Shown here: in pieces, positions 9,835 to 18,641 of the stretch | Numbering within the stretch: the first letter of the stretch is position 1 | Layout of the letters: each line of letters opens with the position of its first letter | Translations under genes and position numbers: made by a program | Notes under the pieces: model-generated | What the model saw: the letters and a program-made list of their open reading frames with translations, nothing else | Told to the model about the DNA's origin: nothing | The model's database searches: none | NCBI GenBank assembly: GCA_963669175.1 | Contig: OY769902.1 | Span: 3,616,001-3,680,000, forward strand | DNA length: 64,000 nucleotides | Direction of reading: 5' to 3' | DNA from: a bacterium | Lineage (GTDB): Bacteria; Electryoneota; Electryoneia; Electryoneales; Electryoneaceae

Positions 9835-11697
9835 ATGAAGTTGAGATGGTTTTCCGTCCTGCTTATTCTAGGCCTGTCCTTTGGACTTTTGATGGCCATT
9901 GGTTGCAGTGACGATGATGACGATGATGATCCTCAAACAAACCATGCCCCGCAGATCACCAGTGTGACCGCCAACCCGGTTGCCGTCTATGGTGGTGAGA
10001 CATCTACCCTTACCGTATCTGCAACAGATCCCGATGATGACGCCCTGGAATATGCCTGGTCCGCTTCGCAGGGTTCCCTGAGCGCCACCAATACCGCTTC
10101 CGTCACCTACACGGCCCCGACGACTGAAGGCACCTACACCATCAGCGTAACCGTGACCGATGAAGCTGACAACACTGCCACCGGTTCCGTCCAGGTCGTT
10201 GTTCAGGCCACAGGCACCCCGATCCCGGAAGCTCCGGAATCCGGTTCCGAATTTGAAGAAGGTGATATCGTTTTTGAATGGGGTAGCGTGGATGGCGCTT
10301 CCGAGTACACCCTGGAAGTTTCCGACGCAAGCGATTTCAGCAGCATCGTAGACACCTATACCGGTAGTGAAACAACCCACACCCTGGCCGTGTCCGATCT
10401 GACAGCCAACACAACCTATTACTGGCATGTCAAGGCCGGTTCCGGTAGCTGGTCCACCCACCTGACCTTCACTATTCCTTCGGACATCATAATCCTGTCC
10501 GGTACTATCGTTGAGGATATCATTCTTGAAAACAACAAGACATATATCCTGCGTGGCAATGTTTTCTTCGGTAACGACCAAAACAACATCAACGTAACGA
10601 TTGAACCCGGCACCTATATCTACGGTGAGAGCTCTACACTGGGTACCTTCATCGTGGCGCGTGGCAGTATGATTGACGCTCGCGGCACAGTAGATGCGCC
10701 GATCGTGATGACCTCCGACAAGAATGCCGGCGACCGTGGTCGTGGTGACTGGGGTGGCCTTATCATCAATGGTCTGGCCACACTGAACACCGGCGAAGAA
10801 GCCTGGGGTGAAGGTTCTACAGGCTGGTATGGTGGCAATGATGATTCTGATAACAGCGGTTACCTGCAGTATGTGCGTGTCGAATGGGCCGGTCAGGAAA
10901 TCAGCCCGGAGAACGAGCTGAACGGTATCGCTTTCCAGGGCGTTGGGAACGGTACAACCGTTGACCATATCCAGGTTCACATGAACTCTGACGACGGCAT
11001 CGAGTTCTTCGGTGGCACCGTCAACCTGAAATATGCCTATACAACAGGCATTGGCGACGACAACTTCGACTGGACCGATGGCTGGCGTGGTAAAGGCCAA
11101 TACTGGGTAGCCCAGCAGTATGATGACGCCGGTGACCAGGGCTTCGAATGCGACAACAGCTCCGAAGACAACCTGGCGACCCCGCGCGCCCTGCCGACGA
11201 TTTACAACGTGACCCTCGCCGGTCAGCAGAGTGCTGATATCGGTATGCTGCTTCGTGAAGGCACCGGCGCGAACATTTACAACGCCATCGTGATGAACTT
11301 CGGTGATGAAGGTGTCCGCCTCGACCACAACGCGACCTATACCGAGAGCTGGGATGATGCGAATGGCGTGCTGAATGGCACCCTGATCGTCGACCACAGC
11401 ATTTTCTACAATTGCGACGGCGGTCTGGCGGCTGACGGCGGCGATGCTGATCCGAGCGTGATTCCGTTCACAGCAGAGCAGTTCATGACCACATTGAACA
11501 CAAACAACCAGGAAGTTGACCCAGCATTGACCGATGCGTTCAACTTCACGTCCCCGAACTACCTGCCGACTGGCAGCAGCCCGGCGCTTTCCGGCGCGGC
11601 GTCCCCGTCCGACAGTTGGTTCGATGATGCCGGTTTCATCGGTGCATTCGGCAGCGACAACTGGCTGAACGGCTGGATCCAGACTGAACGTAACTAG
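9835..11697 (+). CDS. Large surface lipoprotein (PKD/Ig-like + Fn3-like + beta-helix domain)
   Basis: Lipobox AIGC followed by SDDDDDDDP; NHAPQI..ATDPDDDALEYAW Ig/PKD segment; GDWGGLII, DNSGYLQYVRVE and DDGIEFFGGTVN beta-helix segment. Confidence 0.8.
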   Translation: MKLRWFSVLLILGLSFGLLMAIGCSDDDDDDDPQTNHAPQITSVTANPVAVYGGETSTLTVSATDPDDDALEYAWSASQGSLSATNTASVTYTAPTTEGTYTISVTVTDEADNTATGSVQVVVQATGTPIPEAPESGSEFEEGDIVFEWGSVDGASEYTLEVSDASDFSSIVDTYTGSETTHTLAVSDLTANTTYYWHVKAGSGSWSTHLTFTIPSDIIILSGTIVEDIILENNKTYILRGNVFFGNDQNNINVTIEPGTYIYGESSTLGTFIVARGSMIDARGTVDAPIVMTSDKNAGDRGRGDWGGLIINGLATLNTGEEAWGEGSTGWYGGNDDSDNSGYLQYVRVEWAGQEISPENELNGIAFQGVGNGTTVDHIQVHMNSDDGIEFFGGTVNLKYAYTTGIGDDNFDWTDGWRGKGQYWVAQQYDDAGDQGFECDNSSEDNLATPRALPTIYNVTLAGQQSADIGMLLREGTGANIYNAIVMNFGDEGVRLDHNATYTESWDDANGVLNGTLIVDHSIFYNCDGGLAADGGDADPSVIPFTAEQFMTTLNTNNQEVDPALTDAFNFTSPNYLPTGSSPALSGAASPSDSWFDDAGFIGAFGSDNWLNGWIQTERN

Positions 11698-12857
11698 TGC
11701 CATTTTAGATCAAGTTAACTCGTTTATCGCGATGGTCTGACTGACCTTTCAGCTTGTGTTTGTTTCGGTATCGCAGATAAGCCTGGATAGCTTGGCCCTG
11801 TTCTTGATGGTCCATGAAGGTTCGTCCTCGTAGCGCGAATTTTTTCAATGCGGCGAAGTGAGCTTCGATGCGGTTCAGCCATGATGCATAGGTCGGCGTG
11901 AAGACCAGCGTGACCCGGTTTCGTTTGGCCCATTGTCTGATTTCTGCTTTTTTATGCGAGCCACGGTTGTCGAGGATGATGTAGAGCCGGACAGTGGACG
12001 GATAACGTTTCCGAATGTTTTTGAAGAACGCCAACACCTCTGGCCACCGCTGGTTTGGACGTTGCCAGCCCCACAATTGATCACTGTGGATGTCATACGC
12101 TGCCAGCAGATAGCGCGTGCCATGGGTACGCGTATAGGTAGCCGGCAGACGGACGGGTTGCTTGTGAGGATGCCAGCTCGCACCCGCGTGGGGCCGGATC
12201 TCCAGCGGCCCGAACTCGTCAAAGCAGATCACGCGCCGGTTTGCCTTCGGCGGCGCGTCATAGAGACGTCGGATGCGTTTTTTTTTCTGTCAAACTCGGG
12301 GTCCGGAGACTGTTTCCATGTCTTACTCTGCTGATAGCTGATCTTATTCTTGTGCAGCAACCAGCGCAGGTGCGGCAGGCTGATCGATTCGATGATGCCT
12401 TCTGCGACCAGATAATCGCGAAGCTTCTCCAGGGACCATTGGCCGAAGGGTAAGCCGAGATGGTCTGGCGGCGTAACAACAACGTCAACGATCTGCTTCT
12501 GGACAGCAGCATCGAACTTGAGCGGCTTCTGGCCTTTGTACTGACTGCCAACACAGGAAAGACCCTGTTCATTGAAAGCATGAACGATCTTGCGGATGTA
12601 ACTGGCATGCCCCATCCGTTGCTGCTGAAGCTGCACAGGGGACAGGCCGGTATCTGTCGCCAACAAAATCATCGCACGGCGACGGGCTACGGGATCAGGA
12701 CTACGATCACGAATCCGTTGAAGGGAATGACCTTCATCGACTGTCAAAGAACGAAGCTTCACTGGGGTAGACATCAGAACCTCCTTGTTAACCTACCCCT
12801 TATACGCACTACTTTCAAAAACGACTCAACACTCAGACTTGATCTAAACTGGCACTA
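11695..12857 (-). mobile_element. IS630-family insertion sequence, complete, with TA target duplication
   Basis: TIRs GTGCCATTTTAGATCAAGT and ACTTGATCTAAACTGGCAC (18/19 match); CTAG at both junctions (11694-11697, 12855-12858). Confidence 0.92.
11705..12774 (-). CDS. IS630 transposase in two ORFs (12774-12229 HTH; 12232-11705 DDE) joined by a probable -1 frameshift
   Basis: An A9C slippery run (T9 at 12278-12286 on +) joins ...PDPEFDRK to KRIRRLY...VICFDEFGP. DDE motifs ILDNRGSHK and TPTYASWLNRIE. Confidence 0.88.
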
Positions 12858-12919
12858 GTGGACCATTGAACAGGCTTTCTCGAAGCGTACCACACCTGTT
12901 GATGCGCTTCCTCCTGAAT

Positions 12920-12948
12920 AGGCAGATCCTCCGGGATCTGCCTTTTTT
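12920..12948 (+). terminator. Intrinsic terminator of the lipoprotein gene, now separated from it by IS630
   Basis: AGGCAGATCC-TCCG-GGATCTGCCT followed by a T run. Confidence 0.8.
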
Positions 12949-13132
12949 GGGTGCCTCGCTGTTTTGTGTGGGGAGAAGTATCTATGGCCAATAAAAGACA
13001 CGTCTGATGAAATAATTAGTGCTACCTGTCACGAATAATTGATCTTCTCGTTGAACCAACAATAGCAGGGAATCCAGAGGAGTAGATCCCGGACAACGCT
13101 CAACGACAGCATTTCCGGGATGACAAAATGGC

Positions 13133-13380
13133 GGTAAAAATGGGACTGCTACCTTTTCATCTTTATGAAATCTGAACTTTGAATCACAAGTTTCCTAAAA
13201 GTGTAGCTGTATCAGATTATTCGCCAGTTTGTTGTTCGAGATTAGCCGAAAATCCTGGGACAGCTACCTTTTCTGCTATTTGTTTACGTTATGACTGCCC
13301 GTATTCATCTGTACAGCCCGTCATTACCCCTGTATTCAGAGAATGTCGCTTGCAGAAAAGTGTAGCAGTCCCGATTTTCT
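13133..13380. repeat. REP block 3 (inverted orphan copy of the RAYT-flanking block)
   Basis: AAAAATGGGACTGCTACCTTTTCATC ... AAAATCCTGGGACAGCTACCTTTTCTGC ... GCAGAAAAGTGTAGCAGTCCCGATTTTC. Confidence 0.85.
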
Positions 13381-13549
13381 TGCGGATTTAGTTGTGCAGT
13401 TTGATCCTTTTGGGATCGTGCAATTCAAAATCCAACGCGCAGAGTGCACATTTATCTTTGTTGGAACAATTCAGATGACAGTGTATCAAATCAGGAAATC
13501 ACTTGGTGAAGCAACAGAGGAAATGTATCAGATCGGGATTCTGACAACC

Positions 13550-13577
13550 AAAAAGCCGGCCCGAAGGCCGGCTTTTT
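13550..13577 (-). terminator. Intrinsic terminator (symmetric A/T tails) ending the putative ncRNA
   Basis: AAAAAGCCGGC-CCGAAG-GCCGGCTTTTT. Confidence 0.8.
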
Positions 13578-14142
13578 GGAGGTCGGAAAATCGGCGTCGA
13601 GGGGAAACGCCGAAGGCGAACTTGCGTGGGGATCGCCACACTTCGGGAACCGTATCTTTTTCAATGCAATCCCTAGCAAGCAGTGCATGTAAAACTATGG
13701 AAGGCTTCCTGCTTCCAGAGGCGCTTCAGTGCCGTTCTCACAATCAGGGTGGGAAGCCCGTACAAAGTGAAGTATGCCTTGAAACCGTCTTAAAACCGTG
13801 CTTGTAAACCGTGCCAGCAATCAAATCAAGAAACCGTGCCAGTCGTCAGTGCAGGTAACCGTGCTAGTAGTCAAATCTCGAAATCGTAAGTTCTTCAGTG
13901 CATGTTACCGTGCCAGTAGCAGTGCTGGTAGATCGTGCAAGTAAACCGTACGGGAAACCGTGCATGTAGTCCGTACTAAAAGCATGAGAACGACGTGACT
14001 TGTTCTGGACCCGAAATCAAAGAAATCGTGCTATGTATCACCAACCGGGTCGCTGAAACCGTGCTAAGTTGATCGTGCCCTTTTCCCAGCCAACGCTCCA
14101 AGGAAGCCTTCCAAATATTCAAAGATCAATCGCAAGCTCTGC
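13550..14142 (-). ncRNA. Putative ~590-nt sigma54-dependent ncRNA with repeated GCACG motifs (sponge-like)
   Basis: Sigma54 promoter upstream, terminator downstream, two long-range closing helices, 10 exact GCACGR motifs and no credible ORF. Confidence 0.65.
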
Positions 14143-14152
14143 ACATGGTTTA

Positions 14153-14168
14153 TGCAACCATCATGCCA
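14153..14168 (-). promoter_or_regulatory. Sigma54 (-24/-12) promoter
   Basis: Minus strand TGGCATGATGGTTGCA versus consensus TGGCACG-N4-TTGCW, with exact spacing. Confidence 0.75.
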
Positions 14169-14612
14169 AGAAATCATCGACTGGGAGACTGAAAACAGGA
14201 AAGGACAAATTCATTGACAATTAAAGACTTAGATGCCATTCTTTCGTTTATTGACTTTCAGGTCAAGAAAATTAACCATGCATCGTCAGAACAGGCTGTG
14301 CATATTTTGCATCAACTATCAAACTGTTTGCACAACACTGCACAAATAATTTGACAATCAGTGAGTCATTGCACCTGCAATGGTGTTTTCTGAGCTGCGC
14401 GCTTTGCCGCAAGACAAGGCGCATTCCCAAATCATAGCAGGGTATTTTAAAGGAATGGAACGACGTCACGAACGATGCGGTACGCACCCTTCGGGCTTGT
14501 CACGAGGCTGCTGTCTTCCGTGTTTATCTCGTTTAAGTAATCCGTTATATCTGCATCTAATCGTCTTTGCGGCCAACTCGCCCTTACCCCACGATCCATG
14601 TGAATCGGTCCA

Positions 14613-15407
14613 CTAAAACCTGAGTTGCAAAGAAATACCGGGACGGATTCCCATACCTGTTTCGAGCAGAGTAGGCTCAATAACCGTTTGCGTTTCCAGT
14701 TCAGGCGGCGTAAAGAAGGCATCCAGGACATTGACTACCCAGACAGTACCGAGTGCTATACCCACGTAATTCCGCATATGGACGGCGTTTTTATACTCAT
14801 CGTATATCCCGGAAAGGGCGTCTGGATTATGACTGTTGTGGTAATCATCATCCAGACGGTTCACTTCAGACTGTGCTACGCCCAAGCCAACAATCAAGAC
14901 TCCTGTAATACCTATATAGGTCCATCCCCTCGTCTTCTGCCCTTTGTAGAGCTGCCCCAATCCGGGGAAGAACAAGCTACGCCTGGCGCCACCGTTTCGC
15001 AGCGCGCAAGCCATCAGCATTTCGTCTGTAGAATGAAAGCGTTGCTGCCCTAGCGCATTAAAGTCATCACGCGCCTGGTTGAATACTGCAAGGATCTTGG
15101 GCGAGGTTAATGTTGGATCAACCCTCAAGCGTGGATTCAGGCTTAACGCATTAATAAACTGCTCTTTGCCTGCTTCACGGTCCCCCCTGGCAACGGAGAT
15201 ATAGGCCAGGTACCTGTGCAATTCTGCCAGGTCAATCTCTGACAGAGATGAAGACCTGCTTACATGGCGCAGGGCCACAAGCTCAGCTTCATCAAGCATT
15301 CCCTGATCGTAAAGGTTCTTTACTTCATTGAGCGGGTCGATCGATGTTTCCTGTGCAAAAACAGGGACTGCCAACAAAAGGACGATCAACAACCTGTATC
15401 GCATCAT
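14613..15407 (-). CDS. Exported TPR-containing protein with C-terminal DUF5683-like membrane domain
   Basis: Signal peptide, TPR-like helices, RSLFFPGLGQLYKGQ motif and a terminal ...ISLQLRF. Confidence 0.7.
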   Translation of the reverse strand: MMRYRLLIVLLLAVPVFAQETSIDPLNEVKNLYDQGMLDEAELVALRHVSRSSSLSEIDLAELHRYLAYISVARGDREAGKEQFINALSLNPRLRVDPTLTSPKILAVFNQARDDFNALGQQRFHSTDEMLMACALRNGGARRSLFFPGLGQLYKGQKTRGWTYIGITGVLIVGLGVAQSEVNRLDDDYHNSHNPDALSGIYDEYKNAVHMRNYVGIALGTVWVVNVLDAFFTPPELETQTVIEPTLLETGMGIRPGISLQLRF

Positions 15408-15700
15408 CCGTACCTGTATTTAATCCCTTTCCCGCCCACCGGATAAAACCAGTGAACGTATTCCGGCGACGTTACGTGACAAGTACCACATTCAACACAG
15501 TTTTCATGATTAACGATACATTCCCCGGTATTGGGATCTTCTTCGTATACCTTCGCCGGGCAGACATAAGTAATAGGACGTGGATGCCGTGGGTCAGCCT
15601 TGTATTTCTCCTGGTCAACGCGGATATGGCTGGCTTTATCCCAATTGTACTGGTTCAGACCAAGTTTATCTTCGATGGTTACCGGATTTTCTTTACTCAT
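15404..15700 (-). CDS. fixX: Ferredoxin-like protein FixX
   Basis: VCPAKVY, ENCVECGTC, WFYPVGGKGIKYRYG; coupled to fixC. Confidence 0.88.
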   Translation of the reverse strand: MSKENPVTIEDKLGLNQYNWDKASHIRVDQEKYKADPRHPRPITYVCPAKVYEEDPNTGECIVNHENCVECGTCHVTSPEYVHWFYPVGGKGIKYRYG

Positions 15701-17010
15701 CGCAGCACCCTCCCGGCTTTGAACATATCCACAGCCATACGCCAATAACCGATTTCTTCTTTAACGCGCTTCAGGATTGCATCTTCCACATCCTGTTTGG
15801 GCGTCTCGTCTATGGTGAAGTAGTCCTGGATAACTTCTGAGACAAATGTTGGATACTGTTTCAGGTAATGTGGGAATTTGTTGAAGAAATCGGGCATCTT
15901 TCTGAATTTGAACATATCCTTGAGGATAAAGGAATTCTCCATCTTGTCCCGATAATGCGCTACCGCTTCCATCGTATTCAGTTCATGCCCATGTTCTTTT
16001 GCTTCGATCAGCGTTTCCGCCGCCAGAATACCACTTCCCATGGCAAGGTTGGTGCCTTCATGGTACAGGCTGGCATTGATCAGACCGGCAGTATCGCCAA
16101 CCAGCATCAGGCCGGGCATGGCAAAATGCGGCAGGTGATTGTACCCGTAGTCAGGAATCATGTGCGCCAGGTACTCAACCGATTCAGCGCCTTCCAGCAT
16201 CTTGCGGATGGTTGGATGCTTCTTGAATCCTTCAAGGAAATCATTCAGGGTTTGCTTTGAAGCAATCAGTTCCTTGATGGTAAGGCCCAACCCGATCGAG
16301 ACGGTATCTTCATTAGTATAGACGAATCCCATGCCGAAGCGACCTTTCACGACATCGCCGAAATACTCCATGGCGACGCCTTCCTTGCCCTCAAGCATGA
16401 ACCTGTCTTCGATTTTTTCTTTGGGGAGACTAAAAACTTCCTTCACATTGGCGATCATGTGCGTTTGCGGCAATACCGGCGCCATTAATCCGGCCTGACG
16501 CGCCAGGAATGCGTGTACACCTTCAGCAGAGATGACAATTTTAGCCCTGATCTCGTCACCGCCCGGTTCCGTCTTGACGCCAACAACCCTGTCATCCTCA
16601 ATCAACAGTTCGCTGACCATCATCTCCGGGATAACATTCACGCCAAGCGCTTCCGCCTGGCCCGCGAACCACTGATCAAACCTGCCACGAAGCGCTGTCA
16701 CTGTATGGTTATATGGTTTATCACGCCAGGGCGCGACCTTTACATCCAGCGCAATTTCAGAGTCTTCGGACAACATGCCGAAACGGCGACGGGTTACAGA
16801 CCGTTCCAGGGGAGCTTCTTCCCAGGTATCGGGAAGCAGTTTCAAGAGTTGGTGAGTAAAGAGAATTCCGCCGTACACATTTTTGGAACCAGGGTATTCC
16901 CCACGTTCCAAAACCATAATTTCTTCAAAGCCAGCTTGTGCCAGACGGATAGCGGCTGCAATACCTGCAGGCCCCGCACCAATAATGACAACCTCAAATT
17001 CTTCATCCAT
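15697..17010 (-). CDS. fixC: FixC / ETF-quinone oxidoreductase family flavoprotein
   Basis: GAGPAG, LERGEYPGSKNVYGG, VGDTAG and HEGTNLAMGSG. Confidence 0.88.
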   Translation of the reverse strand: MDEEFEVVIIGAGPAGIAAAIRLAQAGFEEIMVLERGEYPGSKNVYGGILFTHQLLKLLPDTWEEAPLERSVTRRRFGMLSEDSEIALDVKVAPWRDKPYNHTVTALRGRFDQWFAGQAEALGVNVIPEMMVSELLIEDDRVVGVKTEPGGDEIRAKIVISAEGVHAFLARQAGLMAPVLPQTHMIANVKEVFSLPKEKIEDRFMLEGKEGVAMEYFGDVVKGRFGMGFVYTNEDTVSIGLGLTIKELIASKQTLNDFLEGFKKHPTIRKMLEGAESVEYLAHMIPDYGYNHLPHFAMPGLMLVGDTAGLINASLYHEGTNLAMGSGILAAETLIEAKEHGHELNTMEAVAHYRDKMENSFILKDMFKFRKMPDFFNKFPHYLKQYPTFVSEVIQDYFTIDETPKQDVEDAILKRVKEEIGYWRMAVDMFKAGRVLR

Positions 17011-17240
17011 AAAATCGCCCTCACCGCTGTTTCTATCCGTAAGATCGTTTTTGCGAAACGTACTTCGGGACAGTCCTTTAATTATATACTTTGATCGGGG
17101 ACAGCGTTATATTCTCAGAGTGAACCGTATCGGCAAGCGTGGGAAAACACTAATGTAAGCCACGAGTAATAATCTTTCAAGGAAACTGGAGTCCTGGAAA
17201 TGCTTACGATTCGTGAACATCAACACAGGAAAACTGAAGC

Positions 17241-18458
17241 ATGACTCGAAATACGGGATTGATATATCCACGATTCAAAATAGTTTTCATTCTGTTACTT
17301 GTTCTGATACAACAGGTAAGCGCTGAGGAAAATGTAATTCTCATCATTATTGATGGCGCCAGGTATAGTGAGACTTTTGGAGACGACTCTCGTTCGCTGA
17401 TTCCTCGCATGAATGAGATCGCCACAACAGGAGCCATTGTTGATTCCTTCTACAACGACGGCTTCACCTACACATCCAGGGCAATCCCGGCAATCTGGTG
17501 CGGTGCATGGACTGAAGTCCGTGATACAGTATACAATGGACAATCAACACAGTACACTACCCTCCCCACCGTTTTCGAATACTTCCAGAAACAGGCGAAT
17601 CCAAACCAGGGGCAGAACTATTATGTTCTGAAAGAACTCACGTCGTTATGGTTACCCAGTTTTCATCCTGATTATGGCCCTGCATACTGGCCGGACTTTC
17701 ACAGTGTCGGCGCCACAGATGAAGATGTGTGTACTGAAGCCCTGGAAGTTTTGCAGTACTACAGACCACGCTTTTCCCTGATCTATTTTGCGGATGTCGA
17801 CCACGGTGGTCATTCCGGCAACTGGGAAGAATACACAACACAGATCAGGGAAGCTGATTCACTGGTAGGCGTTATCTGGGATATGGTACAAAACGATCCC
17901 CACTATGCCGGAAATTCAACTCTTTTGGTTACAAACGATCACGGTCGTCATGATGATGAACATGGCGGATTTACCGGTCATGGCTGCGGTTGCGAAGGTT
18001 GCCGGAGAATCATGCTGCTGACAGCGGGCGCATCGGTGAGATCTGGATATGTGTCTCCTGAAAACCGTACACTAAGGGATGTAGCGGTGACAGCCTGCGC
18101 ACGTCTTGGAGTTGATGCTGAGCTTGCAACCGGAACATACATGGACGACTTGTTCTATAGTAGTGATTCTCCTGAATCTTTCCCCATACAACCGGTCACA
18201 CTGGCACTGGATCACCCTTTCCCCAATCCGTTTAATCCTTCCACTACGCTTCGCTTCAGCATTCTGGAGGATGGCTATACCAGTCTTTCAATTTACAATA
18301 TGCAGGGCCAACTTGTTGATAAAGTAACCGCTGGATGGTTTCAGGCAGGGAGCTATGTATTCACCTGGCAGCCTGCTGAACTGGCTACCGGCCAGTACTT
18401 GATCCGCTTGTTGCAGAACGAGCAGACAGTAAACCGAAAAGTCATCCTGCTCAGATAA
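17241..18458 (+). CDS. Secreted alkaline-phosphatase-superfamily metalloenzyme with T9SS type A sorting domain
   Basis: IIIDGARY, DVDHGGH and TNDHGRH metal motifs; C-terminal FPNPFNP...YNMQGQLV...GQYLIRL...KVILLR. Confidence 0.78.
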   Translation: MTRNTGLIYPRFKIVFILLLVLIQQVSAEENVILIIIDGARYSETFGDDSRSLIPRMNEIATTGAIVDSFYNDGFTYTSRAIPAIWCGAWTEVRDTVYNGQSTQYTTLPTVFEYFQKQANPNQGQNYYVLKELTSLWLPSFHPDYGPAYWPDFHSVGATDEDVCTEALEVLQYYRPRFSLIYFADVDHGGHSGNWEEYTTQIREADSLVGVIWDMVQNDPHYAGNSTLLVTNDHGRHDDEHGGFTGHGCGCEGCRRIMLLTAGASVRSGYVSPENRTLRDVAVTACARLGVDAELATGTYMDDLFYSSDSPESFPIQPVTLALDHPFPNPFNPSTTLRFSILEDGYTSLSIYNMQGQLVDKVTAGWFQAGSYVFTWQPAELATGQYLIRLLQNEQTVNRKVILLR

Positions 18459-18641
18459 ATTGATAAAGTTCAAAATGATTGGTATTACTGTTTACTTCGT
18501 CATATAGCTGGAGTATCTTTTTTCATCACTGGTTTCAGATGTATTCAGAGAAAGTGTAAAAGTTACCTGTACGATTTCACGCATCCCGCATCCCGGAATG
18601 CATTAGTGCTTCGATTTGATTGCGATTAGTGGGGCCGGCAC

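Noticed and set aside
13343-13807. 154-aa ORF on the + strand
   Set aside because: It starts inside a REP block, runs through a terminator hairpin and has no recognisable motif.
13780-14080. CRISPR array or plasmid iterons
   Set aside because: Units are only 6-10 nt with irregular spacing of roughly 10-50 nt, and there is no cas or rep gene in the window.
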